64,000 bases of DNA from Mobula hypostoma (lineage: Eukaryota): the NCBI RefSeq assembly GCF_963921235.1, contig NC_086097.1:132372001-132436000 (forward strand). Direction: 5' to 3'. A program made the translations under genes and the position numbers. The notes beneath the pieces were generated by a model that was not told the DNA's origin, made no database searches, and was given only the letters and a program-made list of their open reading frames with translations. Numbering within the stretch: position 1 is the first letter of the stretch; each line of letters starts with the position of its first letter. Positions 12,620-23,525 of the stretch are shown in pieces.

Positions 12620-12995
12620 AATCATAGAGCAATACAGCGCAGATACAGACCTTGTGACTAAATGAGTCCATGCTGATCAAATTGTCCTTTCTAGTGCCAA
12701 TTTCCTGCATTCAGCCCACCTCCTTCTATGCCCTTCCCTCCAAGTGCTCCTTAAATGATACCATGTACCTGCTTAAACACTTCTGCTGTGAGATTATTGC
12801 ATATATTTACCACTCTCTCTGTAAAAGTTGCCCCTCGGGTCCCTTTTAAATCTTTCCCCTCTCATTCTAAATCTATGTTTTTCAATGTTGGACTCCTCTA
12901 CTCTGGGGAAAAGACTCCGCCCACCTTAGCTGTGCCTCTCATAATTTCAAAGAATTCTATGAAGTCACCCCTCTTTCTCCAATGTTCCAAGCAAT
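12620..12995 (-). mobile_element. CR1 3' fragment
   Basis: Reverse complement of the CR1 ORF2 end and 3' UTR. Confidence 0.7.
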
Positions 12996-13084
12996 AAAAA
13001 ACAAAGAACATTATTTCAAATCTCAATAAAAAGATATGCCTGAGGCTTGTTCTGCCCATTTCATTTATATTGATTTCATGGCAC

Positions 13085-13445
13085 AGAATCAGGCCATTTT
13101 TCCTTGGCCTTCTGAGGAAGTAGAAGCATTAGTGTGCTTTCTTGATCATAGATCAAGTGGTGGGTCAACCAGCACAAAGGCCTGGTGCTACTTACACCTA
13201 GGAAAATGAAGTTCTCAACCATTTCCCTGTAGTACCATTGGTACAGACAGAGGTGTTTACTCCACTGAATTCCTGAAGTCAACAACCAGCATTTATTTTG
13301 CTAACATTGAGGGAGGTGTTGTTAACTGGACACCAGTCCACCAGGCCATTAGACCATTAGGCTCTCTATCTCACTTACGTACTGGTTTAACTATTGTTTG
13401 AGATCTGGTCCTCTACAGTGGTGTCATCTGTAAATGGTGCTTGAG
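13085..13445 (-). mobile_element. Rex/Babar-type LINE RT fragment
   Basis: The minus strand gives decayed ..ENFIFLGV..KKAH*CFYFLRR. Confidence 0.6.
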
Positions 13446-13454
13446 TAAAATCTA

Positions 13455-14290
13455 GCCAGGTTGGATAGGCTTATTTCTTGGAGCATAGGAGGCCGAGGGG
13501 TGACCTTATAGAGGCTTATGAAGCACAACAAGTATAATAACCTACTGAATATTCAAAGGCCACTATAGAGTGGACGTGGAGAGGCTGTTGCCTCTGGTGA
13601 GGGAGTCTAATATTCTGAGAACACAGCCTCAGAATAGAGGGACATCCATTTAGAATGGGGATGAGGAGGAATTTCTTTAGCCAGAGAGTGGTGAACCTGT
13701 GGATTTCGTTTCCACAGGCGGCTATGGAGACTAATCAAGAATCTATCAACCTCTGCCTTAAATGAACTCAATGACTTGTTGAGTACATTTAAGGCAGAGG
13801 TTGATAGATTCTTGATTAGTCAGGGTATGAAGTGATACAGGGAGAGGGCAGGAGATTGGGGCTGAGAGGGAAATGGATCAGTCGAATGAAATGGCAGAGC
13901 AGACTCAATGGGCCAAATGGCCTAATTCTGCTCCCATATCTTATGATGTTATAAGAAGGTGAATGGAGACCATCAGGTTAGGGGAGTCTAAACGTAAAGG
14001 ATATCAGTTTAAAGTGAGAGAGGAAAACACCTAAATGGGACTTCAGTATGAATATCTTTATGCACAGGGTGGTGTGTACATGGAATGAGCTGCCAGAGAA
14101 GATGGTAGAGGTTGGTACAATAATGTCCCATTCAGAAGACATTTGGACAGATATATGGATTGGAAAATTTTAAAGGACTGCAGACCAAATACAGGCAAAT
14201 GGGACTAGCTGGATTATGCAACTTGGTTGGCATGGATGAGTTTGGCTGAAGGATCTGTTTCTGAGCTGTATCCTCCGAGTCTATGACTCA
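13455..14290 (+). mobile_element. Two interleaved CR1 3' fragments
   Basis: CR1 motifs (GGAGGAATTTCTTTAGCCAGAGAGTGGTGAA, GGAATGAGCTGCCAG) and two 3' UTRs ending at ~13950 and ~14290. Confidence 0.8.
13729..13821. repeat. Near-perfect inverted repeat (43-bp arms, 7-nt loop) inside a CR1 fragment
   Basis: 13729-13771 matches the reverse complement of 13779-13821 at 42 of 43 positions. Confidence 0.95.
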
Positions 14291-14439
14291 ATGACTCACT
14301 GGCCCACGGTGGAGCTTGAACCAACAATGATAAGAATCTCCAATGGGCATGTTAACTACAGAGCCACAACTGGTTCAGACAAGCTCTGTAATTTAGACAT
14401 GTAGAGCAGTCTGGTGGTACAGCAGTTAGTGTTGCAGCC

Positions 14440-14585
14440 CAAAACCCAGAGACTCTGTGCTCTCTGTGTGGAGTTGACACTTTCTCCCAATAACCACATG
14501 GATTTACCCCAGGTACTCTCATTTTCTCCAATACCCCAAAAACATGTCTGGGGGTTGACTGGCCACTGCAAATATCCCCTTAGTC
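14440..14585 (+). mobile_element. V-SINE fragment
   Basis: TGTGTGGAGTTGACACTTTCTCCC...GGATTTACCCCAGGTACTC is V-domain-like. Confidence 0.6.
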
Positions 14586-15339
14586 CAGGTTAATTATTCA
14601 AAATGGGAGTTGATTGAGTTGCAGAGCTACACAGAGTAAGACATACAGAAGTAGAACAGGTGGGTGTGGAATGCACTGCTGGGAACCAGAAAAGATGGGG
14701 TAGGCAGTTTGGTCTCCACTTGAGCTGTAGTATGTAATTAAGTAAAAGACAACCCCCTCTATGTCTGTTCAAAGCCTGACGTGTTCCATCTCTAGAAGAA
14801 AGAGGATATCCTTCCAACAAATACTTCCTCCAATCCTAGAATACTGCCACAATACTTATTACAGGATTAGAAAGTTCCTATAGATCCTTCAGTAAAACAG
14901 AAAAATTAAATTTGGCAGCTTGTCAAAAGGATTAATTTATGCTCTATCAAATAATTCTGAATCATCTTATATCATATCTATATATGTGATGCATTGAATT
15001 AATAAAGCTGGCTGCGGAAACTATAAAAAATTTAATCAGCCACCTTCCTTTCTACTGTCCTCCATAACATCATTTTATATTTTATGATTTACTTCTGCTC
15101 AGGGTGTCCTCCTCACTTCCAATTTTTTCCGTTTACTCATTCCAAATTACAGGCTGTAAGCACACAAGCACCGTCACCTTGTTCATGCAGGAATGACACA
15201 TCCCCGAACTCAGTATTTCAACCTCAAGGCATTGGTTGAAGCTGAGAACACTTGATGCACTGAAGAAGGAGAAAGTTCTTGCATTCTTATAGTGACTTTC
15301 TCAGCCTCAGGACACCATAACCTAACCAAAAACATCACA

Positions 15340-15750
15340 TACTCTGGGCATTCTCTCTCCTCCCCACTCCCATTGGTCAGAAGATACAAACCCCCAAGAG
15401 CACCTACCACCAGGTTCAAGGACAAACAGGAGAAAAAAGTCTGCAGATGATGGAAATCCAAGCAGTATACACAAAATGCTGAAAGAACTCAGCAGGTCAG
15501 GCAACATCTATAGAAAAGTGTAAACAGTCGACATTTCGGGACGATACCCTTCTTCAGATTCAAGGACAGCTTCTATCGTGCTGTTATAAGACTATTGAAT
15601 GGTCCCCTATTAAGGTAGGATGGACTCTTGACTTCGCAATCTACTTTGCTTTGGAATTGCTCCTTACTGCTTGCCTGCACTGCATTCTCCCTGTAATTGT
15701 AACACTTCATTCTGCATTCTATTATTATTTTGCACTAATGTTATGAAATG
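15340..15750 (+). mobile_element. Rex/Babar-type 3' end, host of a PLE mini-insertion
   Basis: ACCACCAGGTTCAAGGACA|GCTTCTAT (TTRFKDSFY) is restored once 15425-15568 is removed. Confidence 0.75.
15425..15558 (-). mobile_element. 134-bp PLE terminal mini-insertion with hammerhead core and 10-bp TSD
   Basis: TSD TTCAAGGACA at 15415-15424 and 15559-15568. The minus strand reads CTGAAGA-A-GGGTATCGTCCC-GAAA-T-GTC-GACTG. Confidence 0.85.
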
Positions 15751-15764
15751 ATATTAACAAGATA

Positions 15765-17558
15765 AGGCTGTGGAAGGCTGCTTAACAAAATAAAATCCTA
15801 TAGTGTTACGGGAAAGATGCTGGTATGATAGAGGAATGGCTGACAGGCAGGAGGCGGTGAGTGGGAATAAAGGGGACCATTTCTGGTTGGCTGCCAGTGA
15901 CCAGTGGTGTTCCTCAGGGTCAGTATTGGGTCTGATGTTTTTCACATTGTTTGTCAATGATTTGGATAGTGGAATTGATGGCCTTATGGCAAAGTTTGCG
16001 GATGATAGGTAAATAGTTGGAATGTTAAGTAGTGCTGAGGAAGCAATGCGATTGCGGTAGGACTTAGACAAATTGGAAACATCGGTAAAAAGAATGGCAG
16101 ATGGAATACAGTGTTGGGAAATGATAATGTATTTTGGTAAAAGGAATAATGTAGACTATTATCTAAATGGGGAGAAGGTTCAAACATCAGAAGTGCAGAG
16201 GGACTTAGGAGTCCTCATGCAAGACATCCCAGAAGGTTAATTTACAAGTTGAGTCTGTGGTAAGGAAGGCAAATGCAATATTGGCATTTATTTAAAGGGG
16301 AAGAGAATAGAAAATCAAGAAGATAATGCTGAGCAACACACACAGGATTCTGGAGAAACTCAGTAGGTCAGGCAACATCTATGGAAAAGAGTACAGTCAA
16401 CGTTTCGGGCCAAAACCCTTCAGCAGAACTGGAGGAAAAAAGCTGAGGAGTAGATTTAAAAGGTTGGGGAGGGGAGAGAGAAACACAAGGTGATAGGTGA
16501 AACCTAAAGGAGGAGTGATGATGTACAGAGCTGGAAAGCTGATTGACGAAAGAGACAGAAGACCATGGAAGAAAGAAAAGGGGAGAGGAGAACCAGAGGG
16601 AGGAGATGGGCTGGTAAGGAGATAAGGTGAGAGAGGGAAAGGGCTGGGAAATGATTGGGGGGGGCGGGTTTGAGAAACCAATGTACACACCATCAGTTTG
16701 GAGGATACCCAAACAGAATATGAGGTTTTGTTCCTCCAACTTAAATGTGGCTTCATCACAGCAGTGGAGGAGGCGATGGATGGACATATCAGAATGGGAA
16801 TGGTAAGTGGGATTAAGATGCCTGGCCACTGGGAGATCTGCTTTTTCTGGTGAACAGAGCATAGGTGCTCAGTGAAGCGGTCTCGCAATCTACGTCAGGT
16901 GATCTGCGGATTTTCTCTTGTTTGGGATATGTTGAGCCTTTATAAGACACTAGTCAGGCTGTATTTTTTTTTAGATTATGGGAACACTCAATCCTCAGCA
17001 CTTGGAGTATTGTCCACAGTTTTGGGCCCCATATCTCAGAAAGGATGAGTTGTCATTGGAGAGAATCCAGAGAAGGTTTACCTCCAGATTCCTGGAATGA
17101 AAAGGTTAAGAAATGAGGAGCATTTGACAGCTTTGGGCCTGTACTCACTGGAATTTAGAAGAATGTGGGGTGATCTCATTGAAACCTATTGAATGTTGAA
17201 AGGACTGGATAAGATGGATGTGGAGAGGATGCTTCCTATGGTGGGGGTATCCAGAACTAGAAGGCACAGCCTCAAAATTGAAGGGTTACCATTTAGAACA
17301 GCGGTATGGAGGAACCTTTTTAGCCAGAGAGTAGTGAATCTGTGAAATGCTCTGCCACAGACTGCGGTGGAAGCCAAGTCCATGGGTATATTTAAAGTGG
17401 AAGTTGATAGTTCCCTGATTGGTCAGGGCATCAAAGGATATGGCAAGAAGGCAAGTGTATAGGATTGAGTGGGATCCAGGATCAGCCATGATGGAATTGC
17501 AGAGCAGACTCAATAGGTTGAATGACCCGACTCTACTCCTATGAATGATGGTCTTATG
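15765..17558 (+). mobile_element. Degraded CR1 RT and 3' end, interrupted by a PLE
   Basis: SVLGLMFFTLFVNDLDSGIDGLMAKFADD (ORF 15803-16012) and a CR1 3' UTR ending at ~17558. Confidence 0.9.
16335..16923 (-). mobile_element. PLE 3' fragment (GIY-YIG C-terminus, pyrimidine tract, mutated hammerhead) with a short inverted tail
   Basis: Reads RDRFTEHL..DLPVARHLN..HSHSDMSI..KLEEQNLIFCLG.LQ.DG. The hammerhead at 16394-16431 has CTGCTGA. Imperfect TSD GATAATGCTGAGC/GATATGTTGAGC. Confidence 0.9.
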
Positions 17559-18491
17559 ATCTGCATGAATGGTTTGCAAGACAAGATTTTCACTGTACCT
17601 CAGTACATCTGACAATAATAAGCAAATTCCAGTTCTAATTCCAAGTATCTTGAGGCAATGAAACATGTTGAGGTAATAGAGGAAACTAGAAGCCCTTCTG
17701 AACACAGCAAGGTTCCACCAACTCCAGTGTGGTAAGGAATAAATAATGTATTGGTGTTGCCTAAACTGATTGGTTAGTGGTTTATTAATGTTACATGTAA
17801 CAAGATACAGTGAAAAACAGTGTATCCATGTCAACCAGACAGATCATTCTGTACACTGAGGTTGCACAAAGGTGAAAAGAGAATGCAGAATATAGTGTTA
17901 CATTTATAGCGAAAGTGCAGTGCAGGTAGACAAATACAGTGCAAGGGCCATAGGGAGATCAGATGTTTTACTTTAAGCATATGAACTGGTCATTCAAGAG
18001 GCTTATCACAGTGGGATAGAAGCTGTCCTTGATCTGGGTGGTACACGTCCTCATGTTTTTGTATCTTCTGCCTGATGGAACGGGGCAGAAGGGAAGAAAC
18101 CATTCCAATAACAAAATACAACCATAAGGATTTATTACCTCATTTTACACTCCATCCAAAGAGAACTTCTAGAGGACAGCATACATCTGGCGAACTGTTG
18201 CAGGAGTATCAGCCTGTATTACTCATTCACTACTCAGAGAGGGAAGTAGAATTTAAAACTCTTCATTCAAAACTGGGAAAGCTCTCCCTTGAACCACGTC
18301 AGGCCTTTGCAGTGTTGGGTATTCAAGGTATATCTGTAACATGTAAATTGTTTTTCTTTGTTTTAGTTTTCTCAAATAAAAATAGAACTGAATGAAGAGT
18401 GGATAAAAAAAATATTTTCCAGGGTTATGTTGTGGATGTTGCGGTTATTTATTAATGTCTGAGTTGATGAACATCAGTAAGATATTGAATT

Positions 18492-18940
18492 CATAGATTC
18501 ATAGAATTATACAGCTAGGAAATAGACCCTTTGGCCCAACTCATCTGTGCTGTTCAAGACTCCTATCTCACTAATCCCATCTGCCTGCATTTGGCCCATA
18601 TCTCTTTAAGTCTTTCCTGTTCATGTACTTGTCTTTTAAGCATTGTTAAAGTACCTACCTTTAACACCTCAGATCCCCTTCAAATCTTCTTAGACCATAT
18701 GCTGTCTAATTTGAGACTACTTTACCATGGTAAAAATACTGTGGCTTTTTGCCCTACCGCTGCAACTCATATTTTTGTAAGCCATTATAAAATCACCTCT
18801 CAGCTACCTCCACTCCAGGGCAAACAATCCCAATCTACCCAATCTGTCCTCTATCTCAAGCCTTCAAGTCCGGGCAAAGCTGCTGTGGATATTTGCTGCA
18901 CCATCACTAGCTTAATCACATCCTACCTCTAGCCAGAATT
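18492..18940 (-). mobile_element. CR1 3' fragment, degraded
   Basis: Reverse-complement CR1 3' UTR and an (CTATGAAT)-type tail at 18492-18507. Confidence 0.65.
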
Positions 18941-19089
18941 ACACACACACCCCTGCAAATCCTTTAGCTTCAATATATAACGTGCATAAAATAATCCTTG
19001 GCAAAATAATCTCCTGGAAGTGATGCATGAATGTTCAGCTAATTGTGCATTGCTTAGTTTTCACATTAGCCAAGAAACAAACTTCTCAA

Positions 19090-19420
19090 AATATGCACTG
19101 CCAATTTGCACGCCAGTCCTGATGCAGGGTCTGGATCTGAAACATTGACAATTTGTTTCCTCCTGTGGATGCTGCTTGATCTGTTCCTGCAGCAGATTGC
19201 TTTTTGCTCCAAATTCCACCATCTATCTTTTTTGTGTGTCTCCTTGCACACAGCAAGCTCCTATAGACAATAGGATAATAATTTGATGATCTGTTTTGGT
19301 AACGTTACCATGGGCCAGGACACTGGGGAGAGCCCATTCGTTCTTCTTTATATCCACCTGAGGGGGCAGGTGGGACCTCAGCTTAACTCTCATCCAAAAG
19401 GCGGTTTCTCTGGCAGTACA
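19090..19420 (-). mobile_element. DeuSINE-like relic interrupted by a PLE mini-insertion (19112-19243, + strand, TSD TTGCAC)
   Basis: Deu-domain-like GGCCAGGACACTGGGGAGAG...ATCCACCTGAGGGGGCAG...CTCATCCAAAAG. TTGCAC occurs at 19106-19111 and 19244-19249. Confidence 0.7.
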
Positions 19421-21394
19421 TTTTTTTGTGCTCAGTGAATAACGGCCTCAGAGATTTAGTCTTGTGAAAAATGCACAGTCTTTTCTATGTTCAGGAATTA
19501 GAAAGCCGGTTCTGTCTTTGTAAAGCAAACAGAAAATAATGACAAGTCACAAATGTTACACTTTTGCAAAGGAAAGCAGTAAGCTTGGATTGATAAGTCA
19601 AGCTGGTTTAAAAAAAGGTCAGTTCAATAAAAAAAAGACTTGCCATAGATTTTAAAACTATGCAGAGTTTTGAATTATAATTGGGTCATTAATGTTTACT
19701 AAAATATTGATGAACCCTAATTACATACATGGATTGTGCATAGCAACAAGCTACTGTTATTTGGTCTGCCCTCCATTCAGATTCACCCATCTCTGGAGGA
19801 AATCATGGAACTTAGATCGAGGAAAACTGGTTGAAATCTCAATAATGAATTGGGTAAATGTGTGTTATTCAACCCCAGGTTTCCACAAATATAAATCATG
19901 CATTACATCAATTTCCACTGGGGTAGAATCCAAGGGGTCCACACAGTATTCTCATCCCTTTCATTTAACTTACTTACCTGAATTATAACCAAGTCTGAAG
20001 GTAGTTCACTCAAAAATAAATAACATGGTGATTCTCTTCACTTTTGTGGGGTTTCCTGGGGCAAAACTTCTGTGCACTATGAACAAACAATTTGATGCTT
20101 CAGTTTGAAAGTACTAGTTTATAATTAGTGCATATAGCACAGAGTTAATATCCTCTCTTTTCTTTCTTTGAAGTATTGTGTAGTAGACTCTGATATAGTG
20201 TCACACAGTTGCAGAGCACAGAAGTGGGCCTCCTGGTCCATCGCATCCATGGCAATCTTCTTTGTAAGCCTCTTGGGAAAGTATGAACATGATCGCCTTG
20301 CTAGCCTACTTATCTCTAATTCTGGCCACTGAGTGGATTTGTGAGCAGAAGAATCTGAGCAAACATATCACATTAAACAAAGTCTGCTTTCTTTGGATCT
20401 AAGATTAGAGAGGAATGCTGAAGAAGTCCTGACTACCCAAACACTTCACTTCACCAACAGTGATCCAGTTGTTAATATGTTTGGTCTACTACATTCCTTC
20501 GCATTTAAGGTGGGGATAAAAGCTAATTGCTGTAACAAAGGGCATTAGTAGCTTATGTAAAGAGAGATACTTAGAGAAACTATTCAATCAAAAGTGAATA
20601 AAGTATGATGTATTATTAAATCTAACAATGAACCATGGTAAATTCTGGTAAGCTGACTTCAGATGTAACAGATAAAAGTCTGGGTCAGGCAGCATTTGTG
20701 AAGGGATTTCATGTCAATGCTTTGCATTTGCCATGTGTCACAATGGTTGCTTGCACAGTGAAGTGGGGTTTTGTAGCAACAGAAATGGTATTCATAGCTA
20801 ACAACAAAAAACAATTAAAAATTGGAATATTATGCAAAAGCTCAAATTAAACCTTGTCTGTTTGTCATGTTTCTGCTTACGACAATTTGGCAGCAGATCC
20901 CAGCATGTCCAAGTTTGGAAACAAAATAGGAAGGAGAGGAGACACAAGGATCTGGAGATGCTGAAATCTGGAACAGCAACAATCGGATGGAGGAAAGCAA
21001 TTTACTGCATCTCTTCAGTTTGTGTGAGCATCTTGTTTCCACGAAGCATGCTCTCAGCAACATAGTATTATGCTTTAAAAATCCTGATTGAAGGACAAGT
21101 ATTGGTCAGAACTTCAAGGATACCTGAAGTAGGGTCTTGACCTAAAACATCAACCATCCCTTTGTTTCCACAGATGATGCCTGATCCACTGACTTCCTTC
21201 TACAGTTTGTTTGTGTGTCCCAGGCTACAGTAGCTACAGTCCCTTGTGTCTTCGAGGTACCTACCCTGCTCCTCTTCAGAACAATGCTCTAAGATCTTTC
21301 ATACCGTGCCGAAGGGGAGGTCTCAGTTTATAATCTTGACAAGGGGATAGTCCCCTTCATTCTGCTCAGTGTGAGAGAGTAACCCATGAATGGA

Positions 21395-21690
21395 ATGGCT
21401 GGTGGAGCTACGGCCTCAAAAATCCAATGATCCAGATTTACCTCAAACTCTGGTGCTGTCTGTGTGGAGTTTGTATGTCCTCCCTGAGGCCATGTGGGTG
21501 TCACCCAGCTACTCTAGTTTCCTCCTATAACCCAAAGATACACAGGCTGATAGATTAATTGGCTGCTGTAAATCTCCGCCAGGGTGTGAGCGAAGGTTAG
21601 AATCTGACAAGAGTTTGGGGAGAACGGGATTAGTGTAAATGGGTGGTTAATTGTCAACACCAATTCAGTGGGCCAAATACCCTCTATGAA
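21395..21690 (+). mobile_element. V-SINE
   Basis: GTCTGTGTGGAGTTTGTATGTCCTCCC...GTTTCCTCCTATAACCCAAAGA. Confidence 0.7.
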
Positions 21691-21869
21691 TGTGAAGTAT
21701 CAGTGAGCTAAATGCTAATGTTTTGCAACATCGTGTGCTTAGTTTACCCACTGAAAGCCCATTATAATCACCAGTCACAACAAAACACTGATGATATCCT
21801 GTAGTACATATGGACAATTCCTCAGAGGTGCTTCCTTTATTTTTTATGCAGCATTGTCCATTATGATGA

Positions 21870-22330
21870 TGTGCTATGACAGCCCTTGAAATTCAGCTTT
21901 GAGCTCTAAATTGCTCCAATTACTCCTCCGGCATACAGGACCCCTGTACGAGGGGCAGCCTTAGCGCCGTGGTGAAAGCCAATAATCTTCACTTAATCTG
22001 GTCCCAGAGCACCTTGTCACTACCCTTCACCATAGCTTTTCATAATCCCGAGCATATGGTCATGTTTTGATGGGCATGAAATTGCATCAGGCGAGGTCAT
22101 TTTTAATAACTGTCAATATTCCCTGAATAGAAGTCAACCTTATTGACATCTAAACTGAGAGCTTGGGGAGCTGTCAAGGAGTTGACAGACTCAGCTTGGG
22201 AAAGCTAATCCAGTGGGAGGCAGATTAATATTGATATTAGTAAATTGTTATTGATATAGATTTGAAGGGTATTGTGTAGCTGGATAATACTGTAACTCAA
22301 GTGCCACTGACAGCAAATTATGTTTTATTT
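21870..22330. promoter_or_regulatory. Candidate developmental enhancer or conserved non-coding element
   Basis: Non-repetitive sequence with five TGACAG/CTGTCA and five TAATCC/TAATCT motifs in ~450 bp. Conservation has not been tested. Confidence 0.5.
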
Positions 22331-23264
22331 TTCATGTGGGATTTTCCCTGGACCTTTTTCTTTCTCCCTCTTTCAGTAAAGGTTATTTTATAAAGCCAAG
22401 CAGACAACGAATCAGAAAATAAAACCTACTGAAGGACGCATTGTTTAACCCTTGCCTTTCTCTGGATATGTGGTCCTGAATTTTTGACTCAGCCACGGTA
22501 CTCTATTGAGTAAACTGGAATTTGAGGCTCATTCTAGTTGATCCTCAGATATTAAAATAATATCTTCAAAGACAAGACCTGGAATGTAACTGCCTATTTC
22601 CTGTTAACAAACTCGTGTTCATAAATCCAAACAGGAGCACTGCTGCAAGACTGCTGATTTTGTAAAGAGGAGATCATTTAGTACTCCTCTTATTATAATA
22701 GCACAATAATTGCTTCAAAGGGTACCCCCATCACCTCAATGAGACTCCCATTAATCCTGCCATTTTTCCCAGTAATGGGTTTGAACAAATGCCTATGTTA
22801 GAGGTTTCATAACCACTTCTGTTGATTTATTGGAAGGATATAATTATTGAGGTTTATGAGACAGAGATAACTAGATCATTGAGGTTATGGATTTTACATC
22901 TTAGATATATTATTCTATCGGAACAAATCACAGCCCTTATTCAGGGTCAGGACTTTGAGTCAATACCTCTGTGGAATTAAAGTCGTCAAAACAGGAGTAT
23001 TTTAAACAGGGTGTATGTGGACATTAGATAGATCAATCATTTTGCTGCTGGGCCAATTCACTGATCCTGTCTCAATGTTTCCCTTATTCACTGTTAAAAA
23101 TACAAAATATAATAAATTATTAATCATTATAAATGTTAATAATAAACCAGTTTATTTCTGAGACAGCTTGCAGAACCAATCAGAACGCATTGTTGCTTTT
23201 AAGAGTGATAGCTCACTCTGGAAGTTCCATCACCGCACCTTGTCGGAGCACCAGTCTGCAGTTA

Positions 23265-23525
23265 GTGATGGGAATGAGAGTGGAAGTGGGGACGTGAGTG
23301 GGAATGGAAGTGGGTATGGGTGCGGCAGTGACAGTGGGTGTGGGTGTGGAACTGGGACTGGGAGTGGCGGAGGGAGTGGGAGTGAGTGCAGGAAAGGAGC
23401 GAGGAATTGAATTCTGGGTGCAGTCGAAAGTGCAGCTGGAAGTAGGAAGAGCAATGGGCCTGGAAGTTAGGCCAGAGAGGGCACAGTGTGGGAGTGGGAA
23501 TGAGGATGGGGAAAGAGGTTGGGAC
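23265..23525 (+). repeat. Degenerate G-rich hexamer repeat, (GGGAGT/GGAAGT)n-like
   Basis: 6-nt periodicity (GGAAGT GGGGAC GTGAGT GGGAAT GGAAGT GGGTAT...). A complementary tract lies at 24153-24192. Confidence 0.8.
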
